Of a DNA stretch of 64,000 nt, positions 1 through 10,282 are shown piece by piece. Origin of the DNA: Capsulimonadaceae bacterium (GTDB lineage Bacteria > Armatimonadota > Armatimonadia > Armatimonadales > Capsulimonadaceae); the NCBI GenBank assembly GCA_965215505.1, contig OZ244065.1, positions 1,152,001 through 1,216,000 on the forward strand, written 5' to 3'. Position 1 is the stretch's first letter. The number at the start of each line of letters is the position of its first letter. The notes under the pieces were generated by a model. The model saw only the letters and a list, made by a program, of their open reading frames with translations, did not search any database and was not told the origin of the DNA. The translations under genes and the position numbers were made by a program.

Positions 1-386
1 AACACGGTCAGGAGGCGGCCCGCCCGCTCCGAGGCCACGATCATCTGGTCGCAGTCGGCGAGTGTCAGGCACATGGCCTTGTCGGTGACGACATGTTTGC
101 CCGCCGCCAGGGCGCGTATCGCGAGGTCGGCATGGGTGTGGCTGGGCGTGGCGATGACGACGGCGTCCACGTCCGGGTCGTTGAAAGCCGCCTCATAGCT
201 TGGGAAGGCCCGGCAGTCCTGCCGGGCGCGGACCGCGCCGACTTTGGCCGGGTCGCTGGTCGCCACGCCGTAGAGTTCCAGGCCGCCGGCCAGTTTGATG
301 AGGCGGCAGTGGCAGTCGCGCCCCCACCAGCCGTAGCCGATGACGGCGATGCGGGGCCGAGTTTGGTCCGTTGTTGAGTCTGTCAT
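1..386 (-). CDS. Gfo/Idh/MocA family oxidoreductase (3' part runs off window)
   Basis: Manual translation from ATG 386: MTDSTTDQTRPRIAVIGYGWWG...DVDAVVIATPSHTHADLAIRALAAGKHVVTDK; Rossmann and GKHV motifs. Confidence 0.85.
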   Translation of the reverse strand, partial: MTDSTTDQTRPRIAVIGYGWWGRDCHCRLIKLAGGLELYGVATSDPAKVGAVRARQDCRAFPSYEAAFNDPDVDAVVIATPSHTHADLAIRALAAGKHVVTDKAMCLTLADCDQMIVASERAGRLLTV

Positions 387-495
387 GAGCCTGTCGCCGG
401 GCCTGGGGAGCCGGACCCTTTCCTTCGTCGGAGCGAGGAAGACGTTCCATGCAGCAGGCGGGGATTCCTCCATTCGGCAGGCCATGGCAGGCTGT

Positions 496-1365
496 TCAGG
501 GAGTCGCCCTCGGCACGTCGGGCAGCGCCTGGTACTGGCCGAAGTAGGGCTGGTCCTGGCTCGGCTGGATCGTCGCCGCATAATGCTCCCACTTGACGTG
601 CCCGTCCGCGAACGTGTAGTTCGCCCCCTGCGTGTGCCGCTCGCTGGCGACCGCGAACATGCTGTCCGAGGTGACGTAGGGCGCGTTGTCGGGCGTGTTC
701 CCTTCCACCGCCCCCGCCTTCCCCGCCGAGTCGTAGATTTCGCCGAGCCACGGGTGGATGTGGACGTCGCAGAACTTGCCGTTGCGCTCGGCGATGTAGA
801 TGGTGCTGGCGGGGACGTTCACCTGCGAGTCGGCCATCCCGAACAGGAAGTAGGCATTGACGAGGTAGGAGGTGACGCCCGGCAGCGGCGCGGTGGACGT
901 GCAGGCCGTCCCCAGACCGGCCCCGTGCGGGTCGGCGTCGTCGGGGCAGACGAACAGCTTCTCGGTCAGGCTGGCCGTGTTGTCGGCGCTACCCCGGCTG
1001 ACGTAGGGCATGATCTTCTCGAAGGGCGAGCCGAAGTCTATACCTTCGTAGGAGCCATCGAAGTCCCCCGGCGGGTTGGTGGTGCTGGTTCCCACGGCCG
1101 GGTCGGAGCATGCGGGGTGTTCCTGCGGGTAGCGCTCGTCGTTGTCCTGGAGGTACTGGATCAGGGCGATCCCGATCTGGCGCATGTTGGAGCCGCAGGA
1201 GGCGCGTCGGGCGTTCTCGCGGACCTTCTGGAAGACGGGGAAGAGGATCGCCGCGAGAATCGCGATGATGGCGATGACGACGAGCAGCTCGATCAGGGTG
1301 AAGCCGACGGCCGGGCGGCGGGCGGCGCGCACGGGCGCGCGCCCACGGGTATGTTGGCGTGTCAT
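496..1365 (-). CDS. Prepilin-type N-terminal methylation / DUF1559 / H-X9-DG domain protein
   Basis: [41 protein letters not shown]-terminal [22 protein letters not shown] upstream of ATG 1365. Confidence 0.9.
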   Translation of the reverse strand: MTRQHTRGRAPVRAARRPAVGFTLIELLVVIAIIAILAAILFPVFQKVRENARRASCGSNMRQIGIALIQYLQDNDERYPQEHPACSDPAVGTSTTNPPGDFDGSYEGIDFGSPFEKIMPYVSRGSADNTASLTEKLFVCPDDADPHGAGLGTACTSTAPLPGVTSYLVNAYFLFGMADSQVNVPASTIYIAERNGKFCDVHIHPWLGEIYDSAGKAGAVEGNTPDNAPYVTSDSMFAVASERHTQGANYTFADGHVKWEHYAATIQPSQDQPYFGQYQALPDVPRATP

Positions 1366-1423
1366 TGCGGTCTCCTTAGTTGTGAGTGGGTGTCGTGCGC
1401 CGTGGCAGGGCGCTGTCAGCCGG

Positions 1424-1900
1424 TCACAGGAGACAGGGCGGAGGCGTGGGGGGGATGTCCAGGCGGGAAGGGGCGGACTGGCCCGCCGCTCGGAGGAAGA
1501 GCGTTCCACCAAGGGGAATAGGGGCGAAGGCAGCCTCGTTGGGGACAGTTACGGGCCAGGAGGTGACGGCGGCAAGGATGGCGGGAATGCCCCGGTCGCA
1601 GCGGGCACGCAGGACGGCGCCCTGTCCCGGCGTCATGCCCTTCGCGCCGCAGCAGCACCGCATCACTCCGCCGCCCTTCATGTTCCGGCACATGGCGCAC
1701 TGCATGACGGGGGCAGGGGAACAGGTGTGGGCGGCCTGATTCGCGGGCATTATTCGGGGCGCGTTTACGGCGCACAGGGCGGCCCCTGACGCTCCCAGCA
1801 ATGTGTAGAAGCCCCAGAGCAGTGCGAGGGCAGCCGCCAGCCGCTGACGCCGTTCTCGGCGCGTGACGGGGTATTTGCGAATGCTGACTCCTAGAAACAT
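1424..1900 (-). CDS. Cys-rich, Pro-tailed small exported protein (DUF2946/CutF-like)
   Basis: Hydrophobic N-terminal segment, CAMC and CCC motifs, C-terminal PPTPPP; start uncertain. Confidence 0.55.
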   Translation of the reverse strand: MFLGVSIRKYPVTRRERRQRLAAALALLWGFYTLLGASGAALCAVNAPRIMPANQAAHTCSPAPVMQCAMCRNMKGGGVMRCCCGAKGMTPGQGAVLRARCDRGIPAILAAVTSWPVTVPNEAAFAPIPLGGTLFLRAAGQSAPSRLDIPPTPPPCLL

Positions 1901-2022
1901 TGCCGGGATTATTCCACGAAACGCGCCGGATGTAAACGGGCAGAAAACGTCCCCAAATTTAATCGGGGGAGAACGGCCCTCTTCATGGAACAATTCGACC
2001 GAATACGGGAGATACATCGCCG

Positions 2023-2667
2023 ATGTGGGAAAAAGGAATAAGAGTGAGTTACACTGCACTGCTGCGTTCGGCAACGCTCGGCACCCTCGCGCTCTGCCTT
2101 CTTGGGGGCACATGCCTGGGGCAGCCGAACGGCCCGACGGCGGCCAAACATTTGGAGGCGCTCCCAGCCACGGGCCTCGACGGCAAGGCGCTGGACCTGA
2201 CGGCGCGGAGGGGGTGGAAGGTCATCTACTTCTGGAGCGTGGACTGCCCGTGTGTCCGCGACTGTGAGCAGTTCAGCCTGATCCCGCTGGCGCGCAAGTA
2301 TGCCCGGCGCGTCACCTTTTATGCCGTGGCCGCCAACCGGCTCGACCTGGCCGCAGCCAGGGCCGACCACCCCAACTTTTTGGGCAACGTCGAGACGCAC
2401 GGGCTGCCCTACGCGGTCGTCCTCGACCCGAAAGGGGCCGTCGCCGCCTCCCTCGGGGCGGTAGTGACCCCGCAGACGTTCCTGATCGACCCGGCGGGCC
2501 GCGTCCTCTTCAGCGGGTCCCCGGACGACTCGTGGATGGTCAAGAACCGGACCGGGCGGCCCGGCGTGACGCAGACCTACCTCGCCGATGCCTTGGACGA
2601 GGCCCTGAGCGGCCGGGCCGTGTCCCGCCCCCACGTCAAGAGCCTCGGGTGCGGCATTTCCCGCTGA
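2023..2667 (+). CDS. Exported redoxin (AhpC/TSA thioredoxin-fold) protein
   Basis: FWSVDCPC, TPQTFLID.GRV...G.PDD, C-terminal GCGI; start may be GTG 2044. Confidence 0.8.
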   Translation: MWEKGIRVSYTALLRSATLGTLALCLLGGTCLGQPNGPTAAKHLEALPATGLDGKALDLTARRGWKVIYFWSVDCPCVRDCEQFSLIPLARKYARRVTFYAVAANRLDLAAARADHPNFLGNVETHGLPYAVVLDPKGAVAASLGAVVTPQTFLIDPAGRVLFSGSPDDSWMVKNRTGRPGVTQTYLADALDEALSGRAVSRPHVKSLGCGISR

Positions 2668-2689
2668 TGCGGCCCGCCCTGGCCCAGGG

Positions 2690-4075
2690 CTATTTACCCC
2701 CCACCCCACCGCGCTGACGGGCGAACGCCTGTAAGGCCGCCTGGAGATAAGCGTCATCGGTGGGTGTGCCCGCCAGGGCGATGTCAGGGTCAACCCCGTG
2801 ACCTTCCAGATGGACGCCGTTCAGCGTCAGGTCCTCGACGGCGAGTTCCAGCAGGAAGTCCGGCCCGACCGGGAAGGATTTGCCGATCGGGAAGGTTTCC
2901 AGGCCCAGCACCGCCCCCGCCGTCCTCTGCCCGACCAGAGTGGCGCGCTTCGACTCCTGGAACGTCCACGCCAGCCATTCCTTGGCGGAGCGGGTGCCGT
3001 GGTCCACCAGTACGACCAGCGGCTTGCCGTAGCCCTCGTGTCGCTCGGCCGAGCGGGATGTCTGACGGAAATGCGCCGAAACCTGGAAGTCGGGCCGGAA
3101 GAACGGGTCGGCAAAGCCGGTCGGGGAGCCGCCATAGCCCTGCCGCAAGTCCAGCACCAGCCCGTCGGTGTCGTGCAGCCGCCCCGTGACCAGCCCCTCC
3201 AGGACAGCCTGGAACCGCGCATCCCCCATGCACCAGAGGTGGACGTAGCCGACCCGACGCCCGTCCGGCAGCGGGATGACGCGGGCGCTCTTCTCGGTCG
3301 CCGCCAGCATCAGGTCCAGGGGCGTCTGCGCGGTGGGCGTGACGGTGACGGCGGCGGTGACGCCCAGGCGGCGGTAGCCCAGTCGGGCCGGGGTCGGGCC
3401 GAACTGGGTCATCCCGTGATAGGGCCGGCCGTCTACGGAAACCAGCACGTCGCCCGCCCGCAGGCCCGCCCCCGCCGCAGGCGACCCGTCGAGGACGGCG
3501 GCGACCCGCGCGGGGTCGTCCGGGGCAGGCAGGCAGCCGATCATGTAAGGCCGCCGCACGATGTTCTGCGCCCCTCCACCTGCTGGAAATAGGTAAAGAT
3601 ATCGGGGCGTGCCGGGCTGCCTCCCCACCACCCGCCCTGGGGGGAAGTCTCGGAGGTTGTTGGGCTGACCGCCCACCACTTCAGGCAGCAGGTAGAACTC
3701 GAAGTCGTCCGGGCCGTAGAGGCGCGTGTGCGAGGCATGCAGGCGGGCCAGCAGGCCATTCATCAGGGCGAGGAACTGGGCGTCATTCGTGACCGACTTC
3801 ACGCGCGGGGCGTATTCGGCCTGGACGCGCGGCCAGTCGAGGCCGTTGAAGCCTGCATCGTAGAAGTGACCCCCGACCGCCTTGCACAAGGCGGCGAAAT
3901 CCTGTTCGTAGGTCATAGGGGCCGCCGGGCCGTTCGTCGCCGGGGCCGCCGCAGCGAGGGGAACGAACGCGGGTGGCGATTGCGCGCGGCAGACGCGCCC
4001 GGCCAGCGGCATGACAAGCCACAACAAAATCGGCCACAGCATGTGGGCACGGCTTCGGCACATAGGTGTCATCAT
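2690..4075 (-). CDS. S41 family (tail-specific) peptidase with PDZ domain
   Basis: HFYD..FNGLDW, GSPAAGAGLRAGD PDZ, LVLDLRQGYGG, TRSAKE, GQRTAGAV, EGHGVDPD; start estimated. Confidence 0.85.
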   Translation of the reverse strand: MMTPMCRSRAHMLWPILLWLVMPLAGRVCRAQSPPAFVPLAAAAPATNGPAAPMTYEQDFAALCKAVGGHFYDAGFNGLDWPRVQAEYAPRVKSVTNDAQFLALMNGLLARLHASHTRLYGPDDFEFYLLPEVVGGQPNNLRDFPPGRVVGRQPGTPRYLYLFPAGGGAQNIVRRPYMIGCLPAPDDPARVAAVLDGSPAAGAGLRAGDVLVSVDGRPYHGMTQFGPTPARLGYRRLGVTAAVTVTPTAQTPLDLMLAATEKSARVIPLPDGRRVGYVHLWCMGDARFQAVLEGLVTGRLHDTDGLVLDLRQGYGGSPTGFADPFFRPDFQVSAHFRQTSRSAERHEGYGKPLVVLVDHGTRSAKEWLAWTFQESKRATLVGQRTAGAVLGLETFPIGKSFPVGPDFLLELAVEDLTLNGVHLEGHGVDPDIALAGTPTDDAYLQAALQAFARQRGGVGGK

Positions 4076-4229
4076 GGGAGTGCGAGGGGTCCAGTCTTCG
4101 CCGGGGAATCCACTCGGCTCCCCCGTTATTTCTCTTGTTATACGGCAGGCGCGAGCGCAGAAGTTCGCGGACGTTCGAGCGCAGCGCCGACACCTGAAAA
4201 GCAATGGTTGCATGGTAAAATAGGGGAAT

Positions 4230-5357
4230 ATGATCAATGTTTTCCAGCCGGCATTGCAGCAGGAGGAGCTGGAGGCCGTTCAGGAAGTCTTCGCCTCCAA
4301 CTGGATCGGGAAAGGCCCCAAGACGAATCAGTTCGAGCGGGAGTTCGCGGGCCACCTCGTCGTTGACCCGCGCCTAGTCCGCAGCATCACCTGCTGCACG
4401 GAGGGGCTGTTCCAGGCCATCGCCCTGCTCGGCCTGAAAGCGGGGGATGAGGTCATCCTCCCGGCCATCAGCTTCGTCGGGGCCGCGAACGCCGTCGCCT
4501 CCCAGGGGGCGCGGCCGGTCTTCTGCGACGTTGACTTGCGGACGCTCAACCCCACCGGGGCGGACATCGCCGAGAAGATCACGGCGCGGACGAAGGCCCT
4601 GATCGTCTCCCACTACGGCGGCGTTCCGTGCCGGATGGATGAGATCGTTCCTCTCGCCGCCGCGCACCGGATCGCGGTCATCGAGGACTGCGCCTGCGCG
4701 GTGGCCTCGCGCTTCGAGGGGAAGGCCTGCGGCACCCTGGGCGAGATCGGCGTCTGGTCCTTCGACTCCATGAAGATCCTGTCCACCGGGGACGGCGGGA
4801 TGCTCTGCTGCAAGACGGTCGAGATGGCCCAGTGCGCGGAGCGGGAGATCAACCTGGGCCTGCTGACGCGCAGCGGTTTCAGCAACCAGGACAGCGAGAA
4901 GTGGTGGGAGTTCGAGGTCGCTTCGGCGGGCCGGCGGGCGGGGATGAACGATCTGACGTCGGCCATCGGGCTGGCGCAGCTCCGGAAGCTGGCCGGGTTT
5001 GTCGCGCGCCGCCGGGCCATCTCGGACTGTTATACGAGCGTTCTCGGTGGGCTGTCCTGGCTGCGAACTCCGCCCCCGGTTCCGGTGAATAGCGAGTCTT
5101 CCTACTACTTCTACTATGTCCAGGTGCCGCCGGCCCTGCGCGACCGTCTGGCCGTGTTCCTGCGAAATGAGGGCATCTACACGACGTTCCGCTACTACCC
5201 GCTGCACCGGGTCTCATTTTACGGCGCGAAGGACTCCCTGCCGGACACGGAGAAGGCCGCCGCTTCCACGCTCTGCATCCCGCTCCACCCCTCCCTCTCC
5301 GACGACGACGTGGCGAAAGTGATCGAGGCGGTCGTCCGCTTCGGGAAGGCGCACTGA
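4230..5357 (+). CDS. DegT/DnrJ/EryC1/StrS family sugar aminotransferase
   Basis: IEDCACA, WSFDSMKILSTGDGGM (PLP lysine), LCIPLHP. Confidence 0.92.
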   Translation: MINVFQPALQQEELEAVQEVFASNWIGKGPKTNQFEREFAGHLVVDPRLVRSITCCTEGLFQAIALLGLKAGDEVILPAISFVGAANAVASQGARPVFCDVDLRTLNPTGADIAEKITARTKALIVSHYGGVPCRMDEIVPLAAAHRIAVIEDCACAVASRFEGKACGTLGEIGVWSFDSMKILSTGDGGMLCCKTVEMAQCAEREINLGLLTRSGFSNQDSEKWWEFEVASAGRRAGMNDLTSAIGLAQLRKLAGFVARRRAISDCYTSVLGGLSWLRTPPPVPVNSESSYYFYYVQVPPALRDRLAVFLRNEGIYTTFRYYPLHRVSFYGAKDSLPDTEKAAASTLCIPLHPSLSDDDVAKVIEAVVRFGKAH

Positions 5358-5364
5358 GGCCCCG

Positions 5365-6882
5365 ATGCCGGCCCTTCCTGTACGGCTTCCTATGGGGCCG
5401 CGAAGACTCCTCCTGCTCAAGAACGCTGGGGCCAACCTCGTGCGCGGCGGGGCCTCCCTCGTGTCCGGCGTCCTACTGCCCCTGTTCCTGGTACGCGCCC
5501 TTTCCCCGGACCGGTACAGCGCGTGGGCACTCGTGATGCAGTTCTCGGCCTACGCGCTGTTCCTGGACTTCGGGGTCCAGACGGTGCTGGCGCGTTTCGT
5601 CGCCCAGGCGACGGCGCGCGGCGAGGCGGCGCGGCGCGGCGAGGCCGTGAGCGCCGCCTTTGCACTCCTCACGGGGTCGGCCCTGCTGGCCTACCTGCTC
5701 ATCGCGCTGCTGGCCTGGCAGCTCCCTCGGCTCCTGCATGCCCTCCCGCCCGGCACGGTCGCGGAGGCGCGGCTGGCACTGCTGATCGTCGGCGGGGCGA
5801 CCGCGCTGTCGCTGCCGGCGTCCGTGGTGCAGGGCCTTTTCGTGGGCCTCCAGCGCAACGAGGTGAGCGCCGCCATCATTGCCGGCAGCCGTCTGTGCGG
5901 GGCGGGGGCTGTCCTGACGGCCACCCACTTCGGCGGCGGGCTGGTGGCCCTGGCGGCGGGGCTTGCGGGCGTGGGCGTGGTTTCCTGCGGCGCGCAGTTC
6001 TGGGTCTGGCGGGGGCTTGCGGGGGAAATACGGTTCGCGCCACGCCTGCCCTCCGGGGCGGTCGTGTGCGCGATGCTCCGGGACTGTTCCGGGCTGTGCG
6101 TCTGGTCGGCGGGCGAGCTGCTGGTTGGTGGCCTGGACCTGGTGTTCGTCGCCTTCGTTGACTTCCCCGCCGTCGCGTCCTACAGCGTCGCGGTCGCACT
6201 AGTCCTGGCGCTCCAGGGTCTGAACAACGCCCTGTTCGCCGTCCTGATCCCCGAGGCCGCCATCCTGGGGGCGCGCGGCGAGGCCGGGCGGCTCGGGGGG
6301 ATGCTGGTTTCGGCGACGCGGTACGGGGTGGTCAGCCTGATGCTGACCGGGCTGCCGCTCATCCTGGGGGCCGTGCCGATCCTGTCGCACTGGCTGGGCG
6401 CGTCCGCCGGGCCGCACGCGGCGTCGGTCCTGCGGCTCCTGGTGGCCGCCAACATCCTCCGGCTGACCGCGACGCCCTACGCCGCGCTGCTGATCGGCAC
6501 GGGGCAGCAGCGCCTGGTGTGGCGGACGCCGCTGCTCGAAGGGGGCATCAATGTGGCGGCGAGTCTGGCGTTCGGTCTGGTCTGGGGGGCCGCCGGGATC
6601 GCCCTGGGGACGCTGCTCGGCGCGGCCGTCGGCCTGGTCAGCCACTTCTTCTACGACCTGCCGCGGACGCGGGCCATCGCCGCCCCGCGCCGGCGTCTCC
6701 TTCGGGACGGCGTACTGCGCCCGCTGGCGTGGACGCTGCCGCTCACCCTGCTGCTGCCGTCCAAGACGCTGCCGGGGTGGGTGGGCCTCGGCCTGCTGGC
6801 GCTGCTCTGCGCCGGCTTCCTGGTGGCGGGCGTGGTGGCGGAAAGGGGAAAGAAATGCCTGGGACCGGGCCTGTCGGGGTAG
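5365..6882 (+). CDS. Polysaccharide flippase (Wzx/MATE-like)
   Basis: Many hydrophobic helices, LDFGVQT.LARFVA; lies between aminotransferase and glycosyltransferase. Confidence 0.8.
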   Translation: MPALPVRLPMGPRRLLLLKNAGANLVRGGASLVSGVLLPLFLVRALSPDRYSAWALVMQFSAYALFLDFGVQTVLARFVAQATARGEAARRGEAVSAAFALLTGSALLAYLLIALLAWQLPRLLHALPPGTVAEARLALLIVGGATALSLPASVVQGLFVGLQRNEVSAAIIAGSRLCGAGAVLTATHFGGGLVALAAGLAGVGVVSCGAQFWVWRGLAGEIRFAPRLPSGAVVCAMLRDCSGLCVWSAGELLVGGLDLVFVAFVDFPAVASYSVAVALVLALQGLNNALFAVLIPEAAILGARGEAGRLGGMLVSATRYGVVSLMLTGLPLILGAVPILSHWLGASAGPHAASVLRLLVAANILRLTATPYAALLIGTGQQRLVWRTPLLEGGINVAASLAFGLVWGAAGIALGTLLGAAVGLVSHFFYDLPRTRAIAAPRRRLLRDGVLRPLAWTLPLTLLLPSKTLPGWVGLGLLALLCAGFLVAGVVAERGKKCLGPGLSG

Positions 6883-7859
6883 TGACCGTGACCTACAACA
6901 GCGGCAAGGTCCTCGACGACTTTTTCGACTCGCTGCTGGCACAGACGCATCGGGACTTCCTGCTGTTCGTCGTGGATAACGCCTCGGAAGACGATACGCT
7001 CCGTAAGATCAGGGAGCGGGACGACCCGCGCATCGTCCTGATCGCGAACGAGAAGAACACGGGCGGGACGGGAGGCGACAACCAGGGCATCCGGGCCGCC
7101 CTCGATGCCGGCTGCGGGAGCGTCCTGCTGCTCAACAACGACACGGCCTTCGGGCCGGGCCTGATCGAGAGTCTTGTGTCCGGCCTGGACGCCCACGACT
7201 GCCAGATGATCGCGCCGAAAATGCTCTTCCACGACCGCCCGAACCGGATCTGGTGCGCGGGAGGGCGGTTCAGCCCGTGGCAGACCTATGCGGGGGTCCA
7301 CCGGGGCGAAGGGCGCGTGGACCGGGGCCAGTACGACACGGCGATGCGGGTGGCCTACTGCCCGACCTGCTGCATGCTGATCCGCCGCGTCGTCTTCGAG
7401 AGCATCGGCGTCATGGACGAGAAATACTTCCTCTACTGGGACGACACCGACCTCTGCCTGCGCGCCGCGCGGGCGGGTTTCAGGCTCGTCTACCTGCCCG
7501 AAGCGACCTTGTGGCACAAGGTCAGCAGCCTCACGGGCGGCTATCAGTCGCTGGCGGCGCTCCGGTACGTCGTCCGCAACCGGGTCTACTTCATCCGCAA
7601 GAACGTCCCGCCGGTCTGGCGGCCGTACTGCTTCTGGTTCTGCTTCGTGCGCGCCGTCCTGGGCCTCTTGATGGGCCGGGACAGCCTCCAGGTGTTTCGA
7701 TTGAGGCAGGAGTGGTTCCGGGAGGGTTGGGCGATGCCGCTGCCGCCTCGCCTCAGTGCCGACCGAGGCCCACGATCACCTTCTTCGCCACCGTGTTCAC
7801 GCCCGGCGGGCCGATCCGGGGCATCAGCCCCAAGGTTTCCGCCGTCGCCGCCGTCTTGA
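6855..7859 (+). CDS. GT2 family glycosyltransferase
   Basis: VVTVTYNS, VVDNASEDDT, LLLNNDT, YFLYWDDTDLC, WHKVS; ATG 6855 overlaps flippase end. Confidence 0.9.
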   Translation: MPGTGPVGVVTVTYNSGKVLDDFFDSLLAQTHRDFLLFVVDNASEDDTLRKIRERDDPRIVLIANEKNTGGTGGDNQGIRAALDAGCGSVLLLNNDTAFGPGLIESLVSGLDAHDCQMIAPKMLFHDRPNRIWCAGGRFSPWQTYAGVHRGEGRVDRGQYDTAMRVAYCPTCCMLIRRVVFESIGVMDEKYFLYWDDTDLCLRAARAGFRLVYLPEATLWHKVSSLTGGYQSLAALRYVVRNRVYFIRKNVPPVWRPYCFWFCFVRAVLGLLMGRDSLQVFRLRQEWFREGWAMPLPPRLSADRGPRSPSSPPCSRPAGRSGASAPRFPPSPPS

Positions 7860-8034
7860 GGACCGTCTTGCCGCCGTTGACCAGCCCCTTCGTCACGGGA
7901 TAAGTGGCCGCCGCGACGCCTTTCCCCAGGTTGATCTTGGGGAGCCGGAGCCGTAGGTGTGGGCCTGCCGTCGCCTGGGCGGCGAGGAAGACGGTCGCAG
8001 CGGCGGCGAGGCATGTGGAGAAGGTTCGTGTCAT
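7753..8034 (-). CDS. Small secreted basic protein (hypothetical)
   Basis: Signal-peptide-like N-terminus ending ATA, GGGAG upstream; overlaps GT2 3' end. Confidence 0.5.
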   Translation of the reverse strand: MTRTFSTCLAAAATVFLAAQATAGPHLRLRLPKINLGKGVAAATYPVTKGLVNGGKTVLKTAATAETLGLMPRIGPPGVNTVAKKVIVGLGRH

Positions 8035-8235
8035 GGGGCTGACTCCCTGTGATGCAGAAAAGTTGAAAATGTTATCGGCGGAAACGGGCGGACGCACGAG
8101 CGCGGGCCGACAAACACACTATATCATAGCCGGGCGCGAATGGCAAATGCCCGGCAGGCGCGAGACACGCCGCGCATCGGGACACTGGGGCACCTGGTAT
8201 AATGGCATCCAGACCAAGAGAGAGGGGTAACCACG

Positions 8236-9408
8236 ATGAACATCGTTCCATGCATGGTGGCGCTGGCCGCCCTCCTGTCAGTGGCGGCCAGCAACCTGGA
8301 GGGCGTGACGCGCTCCGCACCCCGCGCAGGCGCATTCCAGGCAGTCCCCTCACCGCGCTACAAAATCACTACACTCGGCACACTCCTCCAGGATGACCAG
8401 ACACCGGGGAACAACCCCACAGCCTATGATGGGATCTCGGAGGCGTACTCCATCAATAACCACGGTCAGGTCGTTGGTGACTCCACGGCCCGCTCTGCCG
8501 GCCACCACGCCTTTCTCTGGCAGGACGGCAGGATAACCGACATCGGCCTGTCTCACCCAAACCGGGGGAGTGTCGCCAGGGCGATCAATGACAAAGGTCA
8601 GGTCGCCGGAAGCCTCGACGTCGAAGGCGGACGCCACGCCTTCCTCTGGGAGCGCGGCAGGATGCGGGACCTGGGCACTTTGGGCGGCTCGGTGAGTTCC
8701 GCCCTGGCGCTCAACAACAAGGGGGAAGTCGTCGGCTACTCCGATCTTGCGCCTAGGATGGTCAGCGGTGCCGTGGGGAACGGTCCATTGGACAAGCCGT
8801 GGCGGCTCGCGATGCTCTGGACCGAGCGGAGAGGCATGACCGCGCTGGGCGTCTTCCCGAATACCTTCAGCAGCACCGCTACCGGCATCAACGACAACGG
8901 CGTGGTCGTCGGCACGATGGTGACCGTCCACCCCCAGGCCCAGCCCGCCGTCGCCTGGGAGGACGGGAAGCCGCGCATCATCGGCTACGACTACGACCCC
9001 GGCGGCAATGACAACCAGGCCGGCGGCATCAACAGCCGGGGCCAGATTGCCCTCCAGCAGATGCCTCATTCCAGCCGCACACCTCCTTATGACCAGTACA
9101 CCCCCTCCTCCGTCAACGATGCAGGTCAGGTAGTGGGCAGTTTCTGGCGCTCCAGTGACTCGCGCGGCTTTCCCGTCAACCTTCCTCCCGAGGACTGGGG
9201 ACCTGAGAAAACGGACCACGCCTTCGTCTGGCAGCACGGCAGGGTGTATGACCTGAACACCTGCCTGAGCAATGGGGCGGGGTGGCTGCTCACAGACGCG
9301 CGGGGCATCAACGCCAAGGGCCAGATCGTGGGGACCGGCTTCCTGGCGCAGGACCCGAAGGAACCCGCCGTCAACCGCAGGATGGCCTACCTGCTGACGC
9401 CCCTGTGA
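8236..9408 (+). CDS. Secreted HAF-repeat beta-propeller protein
   Basis: Repeats HAFLW..G...DLGTLGG..S.A.A.N..GQVVG; signal peptide. Confidence 0.88.
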   Translation: MNIVPCMVALAALLSVAASNLEGVTRSAPRAGAFQAVPSPRYKITTLGTLLQDDQTPGNNPTAYDGISEAYSINNHGQVVGDSTARSAGHHAFLWQDGRITDIGLSHPNRGSVARAINDKGQVAGSLDVEGGRHAFLWERGRMRDLGTLGGSVSSALALNNKGEVVGYSDLAPRMVSGAVGNGPLDKPWRLAMLWTERRGMTALGVFPNTFSSTATGINDNGVVVGTMVTVHPQAQPAVAWEDGKPRIIGYDYDPGGNDNQAGGINSRGQIALQQMPHSSRTPPYDQYTPSSVNDAGQVVGSFWRSSDSRGFPVNLPPEDWGPEKTDHAFVWQHGRVYDLNTCLSNGAGWLLTDARGINAKGQIVGTGFLAQDPKEPAVNRRMAYLLTPL

Positions 9409-9418
9409 CGAGGACAGC

Positions 9419-10282
9419 ATGACACACGAGGCAAAGCACAGTGCCCCGCAGGACGTGGGGTGGGATGAGCGCGCGGTCGCGCCGCTCATCAAGACGCTGG
9501 AGGCCCGCGACCCGGACATGCGCCGCTCGGCGGCCCTGGCCCTGGGTCACATCCGGGACGGGCGCGTCGTCGGGCCGCTCGTGGCCGCCCTGCGCGACCC
9601 GGACCCGGAGGTCCGCCGGTGGGCGGTGCTGGGGCTGGGCCGCATCGGGGACCTTTCGGCCTTGCCCGCCATGATCGCCTGCCTCCGCGAGACGGGCGAG
9701 TCGGAGCGGGCGGCGGCGCAGCAGGCTTTGGCGATGATCGGGGCACCGGCCATTCCCGCCCTGGCCCAGACGCTCCGGCATTATAACCCTGACACCGGAT
9801 GCGCGGCGGCGAGCGTCCTGGGCCGGATCGCGGACCCGGAGGCCGTCGGGCCGCTTCTGGGCGCGCTCCAGGCTCCGGAGGTGCGGATGCGGATGGCGGC
9901 GGCGCGGGCATTGGCGGACTCGGCGGCGGTCAACCCCACCCCGCAGGTGCGGGCGGCGCTCGCCCCGCTGCGCCGCCTGGCCTGGCAGGAACACGCGGCC
10001 TTCTACCGTGGGATCATCGCGCGGATCGAAGGGGCGACCGCGCCGACAGCATTCCTGCCGATCCCGGCGGGGCGGCCCGATCCGCCGACCGCCCTCCTCC
10101 CCATCCCGACCGGCCCGCCGACGCCGGACCCGCACGGGCTGCCCATCCCCGCCGCGTCTGGAGCGGATGGCCAGACGGACTCCGAGACTTTCCCCGAGGC
10201 CCTGGGCTGGCGGCGGCGTCTGTCCCGGCTCCTCGCGCGCGCCTTCCCGCCCCGGCGGCCTGGCGGCGGGGGGCGGCGATGA
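9419..10282 (+). CDS. HEAT (PBS lyase-type) repeat protein with Pro-rich tail
   Basis: Repeats L..D.D..VR..A..ALG.IGD; three LPIP motifs near C-terminus. Confidence 0.8.
   Translation: MTHEAKHSAPQDVGWDERAVAPLIKTLEARDPDMRRSAALALGHIRDGRVVGPLVAALRDPDPEVRRWAVLGLGRIGDLSALPAMIACLRETGESERAAAQQALAMIGAPAIPALAQTLRHYNPDTGCAAASVLGRIADPEAVGPLLGALQAPEVRMRMAAARALADSAAVNPTPQVRAALAPLRRLAWQEHAAFYRGIIARIEGATAPTAFLPIPAGRPDPPTALLPIPTGPPTPDPHGLPIPAASGADGQTDSETFPEALGWRRRLSRLLARAFPPRRPGGGGRR

Noticed and set aside
4230-7859. Antibiotic deoxysugar biosynthesis cluster
   Set aside because: The aminotransferase is flanked by a flippase and GT2 only, which fits ordinary surface glycan synthesis
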